A DNA stretch of 64,000 nt from a bacterium (lineage in GTDB: Bacteria > Bacillota_I > Bacilli_A > RFN20 > CAG-826), in assembly GCA_963593015.1 (NCBI GenBank), contig CAVAYV010000077.1:4351-68350 (forward strand). The letters are read 5' to 3'. The position numbers and the translations under genes were made by a program. The notes beneath the pieces were generated by a model. It was not told the DNA's origin and ran no database searches. It saw only the letters and a list, made by a program, of their open reading frames with translations. Positions 7,679-15,179 of the stretch are shown here, piece by piece; the first letter of the stretch is position 1, and the number at the start of each line of letters is the position of its first letter.

Positions 7679-10075
7679 ATGTTAGTGTCATTAAAATGGT
7701 TGAACCAATTCGTCAAAGTAGATGATTTAGACCCAAATGAAATCGCGAATAAATTGACTTTCGCTGGCGTTGAAGTGGAAAGCATCCAGCAATTGGCCAA
7801 GGGAACGAATCTCGTCGTAGGGGAGATTCTCTCTTGCCTCCCTCATCCTGATAGCGATCACCTTCATGTTTTGAATGTCGATGAAGGCGAAAAATACGGC
7901 GTTCATCAAATTGTCTGCGGCGCTCCGAATGCCAGAGTTGGCTTAAAAGTCATCGTGGCTAGAGAAGGAGCGATTCTCCCTGAAGTCACGATTAAAAAAG
8001 GCGAGATACGCGGAGTGGAAAGCGATGGTATGTGCTGCGCTTTATATGAACTCGGCGTCGACAAGAAATTCTTAAGCGAAAAGCAATGTAGCGGCATTGA
8101 GGAGCTTCCTATCGATGCGGAAGTCGGAAACGAGAACCCTTTAGGGCTGCTTGGCTTAGACGATACCATCTTGGAACTTTCTTTGCTTGCCAATCGTAGC
8201 GACCTGAACGCTTTGGAGAACGTCGCTTACGAAATCGGGACTTTGTTCAATCGTGACGTCACCCCTTTGAATAAAAAAGTTAATCCTTCTTTTATTAAGA
8301 AAATGGATTTCAAAGTGGGAAGCGAAACGCCGAATTGCAAAGCTTTTTCCGCAAGAATAGTCAAAAACGTAAAGACCAAAGAATCCCCAAAGTGGCTTCA
8401 GGATGTTTTGACTTCCGAAGGAGTCAGAAGCATCAATAACATCGTTGATATCGGTAACTATGTGATGCTTTATACCGGCCTCCCTTTGAATATGTACGAT
8501 TATGACAAACTCAAGGAAAAGGAACTCATCGTCAAAGATAATTATGCTAGTACCTTCAAAGCGATGGATGAAAAAGACTATCTTTTGAAAGAAGGCGATT
8601 TGGTAGTTACTAGCGGAAACGACGTCGCTTGTTTGGCTGGCATTATGACTTCCGATTCCGCCAAAGTCGACGAAAATACGAAAAACGTCGTCATCGAAGC
8701 GGCTAATTTCTATGGTGCCAGTGTCAGAAGGACAAGCTCTCGCTTGGGCTTAGTTAGCGAATCCAGCGCCCGCTTTGTCAAAGGCATAAACCCAAACCAA
8801 GCCGGCCGTGTTTTAGAGATTGCCGCATCTTTATTGATGGAACTAGCTGAGGGGAATGAAATAAGCCAAGAATTCGTCTACGACGATTTGAACCATGAAG
8901 AAAAAGTCATCGTTACAAGCATCGAATATATAAATTCCCGCCTAGGAACTTCTTTTAGCGAAGAAAAGATCATCGATGCTTTAAAGCGCGATCGCTTGAA
9001 TCCAAGCCTAGTCAATGGCAGATTGACTGTAAAAATACCAAATAGCCGCATCGATATTAGTGGCGAAGCTGACATTTCTGAAGAAGTGATCAGGCTTTTA
9101 GGTTTTTCGAATGTCACTAGCAAATTGCCGACTGGCATTTCTTCTTTGGGACTTAATGAGAAGCAGTCGAAGAAAATCGCCATTCGCCGTTTGCTCCGTT
9201 CTTTAGGGCTAAACGAAGTGTTTACCTACACTTTGACTAGCAAAGAAAAGGCAACTTCCTTCTCTTATTTGAAGAAAGGCGAAGCCTATAAGCTCAAAAA
9301 CCCAATGACAGTCGACCGCGAATACGTGCGAGTGAGCTTGCTCCCCTCTTTGCTTGAAGTGGCTGAATATAACCTCGCCCACCAAAATAAGGATTTCGCT
9401 ATTTTTGAGACCAGCGACATCGATACCATCAAAGAAAAGGGGAACCATTTGGCAATGGTTTTGGTAGGCAAAGAGGACCTTCAAGGATCTTTGGAAAGAA
9501 AGAACTATGATTTCTATAACGCCAAAGGGCTATTTGAGGCGATCGCGTCTTTGTTGAACCTCAATAGCAATCGCTACCAAATCACCCGTTTCGTGAATAA
9601 CGACAAAAACGAATTCCACCCTGGAAAGAGCGCCTTTATCACGCTTGGCAAAAACATAATCGGCGTGATGGGGGAATTGCATCCTATGGCCTTGAAAAAA
9701 TGGGGCTTAGGCAAAAACGCCGTCGCCATCGAATTGGATTTGGACGCTTTGCTTGATATGAAAGTGAGCGCCCCAAAAGCCATTATCCCCTCTAAGTTCC
9801 CAAGCATTTCCCGTGATTTGGCTTTTGTCATCGATCAAAAAATCTCCTATTCTGATATCAAGCGCGAAATCTCCCGTCTTGATAGTTTGATCAAAAACGT
9901 CCAAATCTTCGACGTTTTTGAATCGGAATCATTAGGCGAAAACAAAAAGTCTGTTGCCATCAGCATGGAATTTGCCGATGCGAATAGGACTTTGAAAGAC
10001 GAAGAAGTCAACGCCATCATCGAAAAGGTCATCGGCACTCTAAGAATGAAATTTTTAGCGGAGGTCCGCCAATAA
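7679..10075 (+). CDS. pheT: phenylalanine--tRNA ligase beta subunit
   Basis: MLVSLKWL N-terminus, tRNA-binding domain, B3/4 and B5 domains, and C-terminal anticodon-binding-like domain. TAGGAGG lies at 7663-7669, 9 nt before ATG 7679. Confidence 0.93.
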   Translation: MLVSLKWLNQFVKVDDLDPNEIANKLTFAGVEVESIQQLAKGTNLVVGEILSCLPHPDSDHLHVLNVDEGEKYGVHQIVCGAPNARVGLKVIVAREGAILPEVTIKKGEIRGVESDGMCCALYELGVDKKFLSEKQCSGIEELPIDAEVGNENPLGLLGLDDTILELSLLANRSDLNALENVAYEIGTLFNRDVTPLNKKVNPSFIKKMDFKVGSETPNCKAFSARIVKNVKTKESPKWLQDVLTSEGVRSINNIVDIGNYVMLYTGLPLNMYDYDKLKEKELIVKDNYASTFKAMDEKDYLLKEGDLVVTSGNDVACLAGIMTSDSAKVDENTKNVVIEAANFYGASVRRTSSRLGLVSESSARFVKGINPNQAGRVLEIAASLLMELAEGNEISQEFVYDDLNHEEKVIVTSIEYINSRLGTSFSEEKIIDALKRDRLNPSLVNGRLTVKIPNSRIDISGEADISEEVIRLLGFSNVTSKLPTGISSLGLNEKQSKKIAIRRLLRSLGLNEVFTYTLTSKEKATSFSYLKKGEAYKLKNPMTVDREYVRVSLLPSLLEVAEYNLAHQNKDFAIFETSDIDTIKEKGNHLAMVLVGKEDLQGSLERKNYDFYNAKGLFEAIASLLNLNSNRYQITRFVNNDKNEFHPGKSAFITLGKNIIGVMGELHPMALKKWGLGKNAVAIELDLDALLDMKVSAPKAIIPSKFPSISRDLAFVIDQKISYSDIKREISRLDSLIKNVQIFDVFESESLGENKKSVAISMEFADANRTLKDEEVNAIIEKVIGTLRMKFLAEVRQ

Positions 10076-10566
10076 TGACGAAAGTTGCCAAAAGCGCTTT
10101 ATTCCCTAATCGCGACCTTTCTTATGAAGTCGATACGGATTTTGCCAATTACGAGTTGCGTTACCCTTTAAGAAAAGTGAAAAAGTGCCATTATGAAGTA
10201 ACGGCTAGTAAGTTAAATAACTACCCTCATCTTTGTTATATGATTGAGGCGACCTTGTCCTTGGAGGATTCTCGAGACGCACTCATTTTCGACAAAGATA
10301 CGAAAATCGAAGAAGAAGTCGATATCTTGGATTCTGAGGATGACGAAGGCGAAGGATATATCGTCGAAGGATCCTCGATTGATCTAGACGAAATCTGCCT
10401 TTCCATCATTGAATCGAGCCTTCCAATCAAAGTCCTTCGCGAAGATAGCTCTCTCCCTAAAAGCGGAAAAGGCTATAACGTCTTAAGCGAAGATGGATTT
10501 TTGTCCAAAGAAAAAGAAGAAGAGAAATCTTCACCATTTGACTGCTTGAAAGACTTAGATTTATAG
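10075..10566 (+). CDS. YceD/DUF177 family protein
   Basis: 163 aa acidic protein with an EGYIVEG..IDLDE..ESSLPIKVL pattern typical of DUF177. TAATG overlap with pheT. Confidence 0.6.
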   Translation: MTKVAKSALFPNRDLSYEVDTDFANYELRYPLRKVKKCHYEVTASKLNNYPHLCYMIEATLSLEDSRDALIFDKDTKIEEEVDILDSEDDEGEGYIVEGSSIDLDEICLSIIESSLPIKVLREDSSLPKSGKGYNVLSEDGFLSKEKEEEKSSPFDCLKDLDL

Positions 10567-10635
10567 TAGTGGTTAACATTATTTAAATACTTTAGTATTT
10601 ATATATCCTAAAAAACTACTAACAAAATACTAGTT

Positions 10636-10670
10636 AGCCTTGTGGGTGTCACCCACAGGGCTTTTTCTTT
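10636..10670 (+). terminator. rho-independent terminator after yceD-like gene
   Basis: AGCCTTGTGGGT / ACCCACAGGGCT 12-bp stem (one G-U pair) followed by TTTTTCTTTGTTTTT. Confidence 0.8.
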
Positions 10671-10693
10671 GTTTTTATTTTTTTGAAAAAACG

Positions 10694-10750
10694 TTGCCTA
10701 AGTGAGAACAAAGATGCTATGATTCGTGTGTGAGGTGGGAAAAAGTGGGA
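10694..10750 (+). promoter_or_regulatory. putative mraZ promoter plus 10-bp-phased GTGGG (MraZ-box-like) repeats
   Basis: TTGCCT (10694-10699), 18 nt, TATGAT (10718-10723). GTGTG lies at 10726-10730, and GTGGG lies at 10735 and at 10745, exactly 10 bp apart. Confidence 0.5.
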
Positions 10751-11182
10751 AAATTCTTCGGAAACTATTCTAGGACCCTTGATGAGAAAAACCGCTTGCA
10801 GATTCCTAGCAAGCTTCTCAAAGACCTTCCCGAAAAGTTTTATGTCCTGAAAGGCTTCGAAGGATGTCTCAGCGTCTATCTCGAAGAAGATTTCAATTCC
10901 TTGATGGAAGAATTGTCCGCATTGTCTTACCGCGAACCGGCGAAAAGGGCCTATGTTCGCTTGACTTTGTCTAGCGTCAATGAGCTAGAAGTCGACTCAC
11001 ACGGAAGAATCAGCATCTCCAAAGAGCTGATTGACCGCTACAACATCGGGAAAGAAGTGATTTTGTTAGGGGCTTTAGACCATTTTGAAATTTGGGATAA
11101 GGATTCCTATAACGCTTACGAAGACAAATTCTCTTCCGAATATGAAGAAATCGCCAAGGCTTTGGATGAAAGGGAGAAGTAA
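10745..11182 (+). CDS. mraZ: transcriptional regulator MraZ
   Basis: Duplicated SpoVT/AbrB-like motif (LDEKNRLQIPSKL ... VDSHGRISISKEL). GTG 10745 is preceded by GAGGTG. The alternative GTG at 10730 is the one listed in the ORF track. Confidence 0.85.
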   Translation: MGKFFGNYSRTLDEKNRLQIPSKLLKDLPEKFYVLKGFEGCLSVYLEEDFNSLMEELSALSYREPAKRAYVRLTLSSVNELEVDSHGRISISKELIDRYNIGKEVILLGALDHFEIWDKDSYNAYEDKFSSEYEEIAKALDEREK

Positions 11183-11184
11183 CT

Positions 11185-12114
11185 ATGGGAAAGCATGTCA
11201 GTGTTTTACTTAATGAAGCCGTCTCTCTTTTGAATGTCAAAAACGGCGGTGTTTATCTTGATCTCACTTTGGGGAGGGCAGGTCATTCTTCGCTTATTCT
11301 TTCTTCCTTGAAGGAAGGACATTTGTATTCTTTCGATCTTGACGAAGAAGCGATTGAAGAAAGCAAGCCAAAATTAGAGGCGATTGGAACGAATTTCACC
11401 ATCGTTCATAGCAATTTCGCCTACGCCAAAGAGAAAATGGCGGAATTAGGCATCAACCAAATCGATGGAGCGTTGATGGATTTAGGGGTTTCAAGCCCCC
11501 AATTCGACGAAGGCGAAAGAGGCTTTTCCTACCAAAACGATGGCCCACTTGATATGAGAATGGACCAATCATCGCTAAAAAGTGCCAGGACAATCGTCAA
11601 TACCTATTCTTATGAAGATTTATTAAGAGTCTTCTACAAGTATGGCGAGGATCCGGATAGCAAGGCAATTGCCAAAGCCATCTGCAAGCGAAGAGAGACT
11701 AGACCAATTGAGACGACTTTCGAATTGGTGGATATCATCAAAAGCGCCAAACCGGCCTTCCGTCTCCGCCAAAAAGGCCATCCTGCTAAGCAAATCTTCC
11801 AAGCTTTGCGCGTTGAGACCAATGATGAGCTTAATTCCCTAAGCAAGGCTTTAGACGATATTCCGACTCTTTTGAAAAAAGGCGGCAGATTCGTCGTCAT
11901 CTCTTTCCAATCTTTGGAAGACAGATTAGTCAAAGAGAAATTCCGCTCTTTAAGCGAAGTGGTCGGCACAAGAAACGGACCAGACGCCTTAAAAGTGAAC
12001 AAAGAGGCCGAATTCAAAACAATCACCAAACATCCTATCGTTCCTTCTGATGAAGAGATTGATAGCAACCATAGAAGCAAAAGCGCAAAAATGCGAGCGC
12101 TGGAAAGGAGATAA
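11185..12114 (+). CDS. rsmH: 16S rRNA (cytosine1402-N4)-methyltransferase
   Basis: HVSVLLNE..LDLTLGRAGHS, DLGVSSPQFD and FQSLEDR motifs. Follows mraZ. Confidence 0.93.
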   Translation: MGKHVSVLLNEAVSLLNVKNGGVYLDLTLGRAGHSSLILSSLKEGHLYSFDLDEEAIEESKPKLEAIGTNFTIVHSNFAYAKEKMAELGINQIDGALMDLGVSSPQFDEGERGFSYQNDGPLDMRMDQSSLKSARTIVNTYSYEDLLRVFYKYGEDPDSKAIAKAICKRRETRPIETTFELVDIIKSAKPAFRLRQKGHPAKQIFQALRVETNDELNSLSKALDDIPTLLKKGGRFVVISFQSLEDRLVKEKFRSLSEVVGTRNGPDALKVNKEAEFKTITKHPIVPSDEEIDSNHRSKSAKMRALERR

Positions 12115-12116
12115 AA

Positions 12117-12272
12117 ATGGTCGACAAAATCGAAAAATACGGCAAAAAGAGAATTTATTACCCTCTTAGGACGGTTGCTTTCATTTTACTTGCGGCATTA
12201 GCCATTGGCACGATTATCGTAATCCCTTTAGGCATCAGCGTGAGACTCTCGGCAGAAGTTGGCAAAGCTAGC
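12117..12272 (+). CDS. 51-aa single-TM protein in the ftsL position (not in ORF track)
   Basis: ATG 12117 lies 3 nt after the rsmH stop, behind GGAG. Sequence MVDKIEKYGKKRIYYPLRTVAFILLAALAIGTIIVIPLGISGETLGRSWQS, with TAG at 12270-12272. Confidence 0.45.
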
Positions 12273-12446
12273 GAAGTTCTGCTTTCGCTACTTTAATATC
12301 GCCCCTTAGCAATAATTTCATAAAACCTTACGAAAAAGGCGCCTTTAGAGCAGGCGTCTTTTTCATTTAAAACATCCAAAAAACTACTAATTTCCTATCG
12401 TTCTCAATTGCTTTATCTTTCACTGTATTCTATTATAGAATACGTT

Positions 12447-13691
12447 ATGGAAATGACAGGTGTTTTAGCGACGAATAACGTTGTCGCGTTGGAAATAAGC
12501 TCATCGAAGGTCAAATTAGCGATTGGTTCCTCCATTGGATCTAAGCCCATTTTGTACCATTATGATGAAGAAAGCATTCCGGGGGCAATCAAAGACTATA
12601 CGATAAAAGAGCCTTTGGTCATCAAGAAAGCCATCGCCTCCTTGATGTCGCGCTTAGATGAATCGATGAAACTTAAAATCGGAGATGGAACTGTCGCCTT
12701 GTTGCTCCCTCCTTATGGGTTAGGAGTGTGGGTGAGCGTCCAGCAAACCAACGTCATCAACGCTTCGATTGATGCTTTGGATGTCGAAAACGTTATGTCA
12801 TTAGTGAGGAAACAATCGGTTCCGGCGGGATATCGCGTGGCTGACATCATCCCTGACGTCTATGAAACCGATGAAGGGGAGAATAGGTTTTTTAAGAATG
12901 CCCCGCTTCACCAAAAGAGCCAGATACTCCGAATGAAAGCTCATATACACACTGTCTCGGACACCTTGTATCGGATGTACACCGCCTTAGTCGAAGACGC
13001 TGGACTAAGCATCCGTCGCACGGCCGTCGCTCCTTACGCCGATAGCGTTTTGATAGGTACCGACAATAATATGCCTAGCGATTATTTCTTAGTTAATATC
13101 GGCGCCCATACCACCTCCGTCAGCTTAGTTGGAAACAAATATCTCACTTTCAGCCAAAGCTTCGGACGCGGCGGGAATGATTTGACGGAAGCCATCGCCT
13201 CTAAATTCGAGATAAGCTACGAGGAGGCGGAGAAACTGAAAATCGATTATGGGTATATCGAAAGCGCGGAAAGCTTTTCGAAACCGTTGATCAGTATCAC
13301 TAAAGAAGATGGCTCGAAGATAAGCTATTACCAAAAAGATCTGAATGAGGTGATAAGCCAGTTCTATAAAGCGGATTACAATCACCTTTTGTCGAATGCG
13401 ATCAACATGATCGTCGAAAGAAAAGGGAATGATGATAACGCCAGAATGTATCTTCCGACTTTGCCTGTTATCTTTGTTGGGGGCGGAAGCGAATTGTTTG
13501 GGCTAGAAAAGGTAATCGCGTCAGCCATCGGAACTAGGAAAATAGAACGTTTCGTTCCTTGCACAATCGGGGCTAGAGAAGCCAAATACGTAAGTTTGCT
13601 TGGCTTGATTGAGGACCAAGCCAAGAATCCGAACGTTGGCGATAACAATTACAGGTCATCGCTTTCTTTAGGAAGAAGCCATAGCAAATAG
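12447..13691 (+). CDS. ftsA: cell division protein FtsA
   Basis: Actin-fold motifs (VVALEISSSKVKLAIG, NIGAHTTSVSL, VGGGSELFGLEKV) and position upstream of ftsZ. I prefer ATG 12447 to the TTG at 12408. Confidence 0.85.
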   Translation: MEMTGVLATNNVVALEISSSKVKLAIGSSIGSKPILYHYDEESIPGAIKDYTIKEPLVIKKAIASLMSRLDESMKLKIGDGTVALLLPPYGLGVWVSVQQTNVINASIDALDVENVMSLVRKQSVPAGYRVADIIPDVYETDEGENRFFKNAPLHQKSQILRMKAHIHTVSDTLYRMYTALVEDAGLSIRRTAVAPYADSVLIGTDNNMPSDYFLVNIGAHTTSVSLVGNKYLTFSQSFGRGGNDLTEAIASKFEISYEEAEKLKIDYGYIESAESFSKPLISITKEDGSKISYYQKDLNEVISQFYKADYNHLLSNAINMIVERKGNDDNARMYLPTLPVIFVGGGSELFGLEKVIASAIGTRKIERFVPCTIGAREAKYVSLLGLIEDQAKNPNVGDNNYRSSLSLGRSHSK

Positions 13692-13701
13692 GAGGAAGAA
13701 T

Positions 13702-14922
13702 ATGCCAAACGAAAAAGTGGGTGTCGAAGACTTAGATAATTTTGATCCTGTGGCGAAAATCGTCGTCATTGGCGTTGGTGGGGCTGGGAACAACGCCGTA
13801 AACCGCATGATCGATGAAAGAATTCAAAACGTCGATTTCTATGTGATGAACACCGATAAGCAAGCCTTGTCGACCTCCAAAGCCCCAAATCGCATTGTTT
13901 TAGGGAATGGGGTCACCAAAGGCTTAGGCGCCGGCGGCGATCCGAGAATGGGAAAAGAGGCCGCCGAGCAAAGCAAAGAGAAGATCCAAGAAATCGTCAA
14001 AGGGGCTGACATGGTTTTCATCGCGGCTGGCATGGGAAAAGGAACCGGAACCGGCGCCGCGCCAGTCATCGCCAAATTAGCCAAAGAGGCTGGCGCTTTG
14101 ACGGTTGCTATCGTCACTAGGCCTTTCCAATTCGAAGGCAAGCAAAGAAACCAAAACGCCATCCAAGGATTGAATGAGCTAAAAGGAGCGGTCGATTCTT
14201 TGATCATTGTCTCTAACGATAAGCTTTTGATGACTTCGGGGAATATCCCAGTCGATCAAGCCTTGCAAGATAGCGATGGGATTTTGGCGCAATCGGTCAA
14301 AACCGTGGCGGACCTGATTTTGGTTCCAGCGCTGATCAATTTGGATTTCGCCGACATCAAATCAACCTTAAAGGACTCCGGCGTCGCTTTGATCGGCTAT
14401 GGCACTGGCAAAGGCAAAGACAAAGCCGCGATGGCCGCGGAATCGGCGATCAATTCTCCATTGCTTGATATTTCCATTGCCGGCGCAAGAAAAGCGATTT
14501 GCGCCATTACCTGCGGAAAGAACGTTTCTTTATACGAAGCCCAAGAATGCGTCACTAGAATCTCTGAATCAGCTGGTCAAGCCGCCGATATCAAATTCGG
14601 CGTCTCCATCAATAACCAGCTCGATGATTCTTTGATCGTCAGCGTCATCGCCGCGGATTTTGCCGAAGAATATGATTTCACTTCCGTCAAGACGAATGTC
14701 ATCTCTAGGAAAGAGGGCATCTACGGAAACGGCTTAGAAGACACGAAGAAACAAGAAGTGGAGAAAGAAATCTCCTCAAATATCAAAGGAGGCTATTCCG
14801 ACTCCAATCTTGCCGATGATATGCTCCCCTCATTCTTACAAGGGGCCTTGAAGAAAAACGATTCCAATGGCGATTTGCTTTCCTCTCTCGACGACGTCGA
14901 TGATGACGATAGCGGCTTCTAG
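13702..14922 (+). CDS. ftsZ: cell division protein FtsZ
   Basis: GVGGAGNNAVNRM and GMGKGTGTGAAPVIA tubulin signature. AGGAGG SD upstream. Acidic C-terminal tail. Confidence 0.96.
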   Translation: MPNEKVGVEDLDNFDPVAKIVVIGVGGAGNNAVNRMIDERIQNVDFYVMNTDKQALSTSKAPNRIVLGNGVTKGLGAGGDPRMGKEAAEQSKEKIQEIVKGADMVFIAAGMGKGTGTGAAPVIAKLAKEAGALTVAIVTRPFQFEGKQRNQNAIQGLNELKGAVDSLIIVSNDKLLMTSGNIPVDQALQDSDGILAQSVKTVADLILVPALINLDFADIKSTLKDSGVALIGYGTGKGKDKAAMAAESAINSPLLDISIAGARKAICAITCGKNVSLYEAQECVTRISESAGQAADIKFGVSINNQLDDSLIVSVIAADFAEEYDFTSVKTNVISRKEGIYGNGLEDTKKQEVEKEISSNIKGGYSDSNLADDMLPSFLQGALKKNDSNGDLLSSLDDVDDDDSGF

Positions 14923-15166
14923 TTGAAAAACGGATGATATTATTCTAATATCTTTTTGCGTTAAGAAGGAAGACAACCACGGTTTCCAAAGATGAGAGAG
15001 CCTCTTGGATGAGAACGAGGCAAGGGAACCGCTATCACTTCCCGAGCATCTTTTCTGAAAATAAGTAAGAAGAGCGGTCAATCCCGTTATCGAGTAATGA
15101 GTGCAGAGAGAATCTGAACTAAGGTGGTACCGCGTGAGAAGCGCCCTTAGGGGTGCTTTTCTTTTG
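14923..15166 (+). promoter_or_regulatory. promoter plus T-box leader (Ile) with terminator, upstream of ileS
   Basis: TTGAAA-17 nt-TAATAT (14923-14951). Candidate specifier ATC at 15034-15036 followed by A. T-box GAACTAAGGTGGTACCGCG at 15115-15133. Terminator AGCGCCC/GGGTGCT plus T-run at 15140-15166. Confidence 0.85.
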
Positions 15167-15179
15167 ATAAGGAGGAATT

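Noticed and set aside
10567-10729. Expected rpmF (L32) gene after the yceD/DUF177 gene.
   Set aside because: No small ORF with an L32-like sequence is present. The region contains only a terminator and the mraZ promoter, so rpmF must lie elsewhere.
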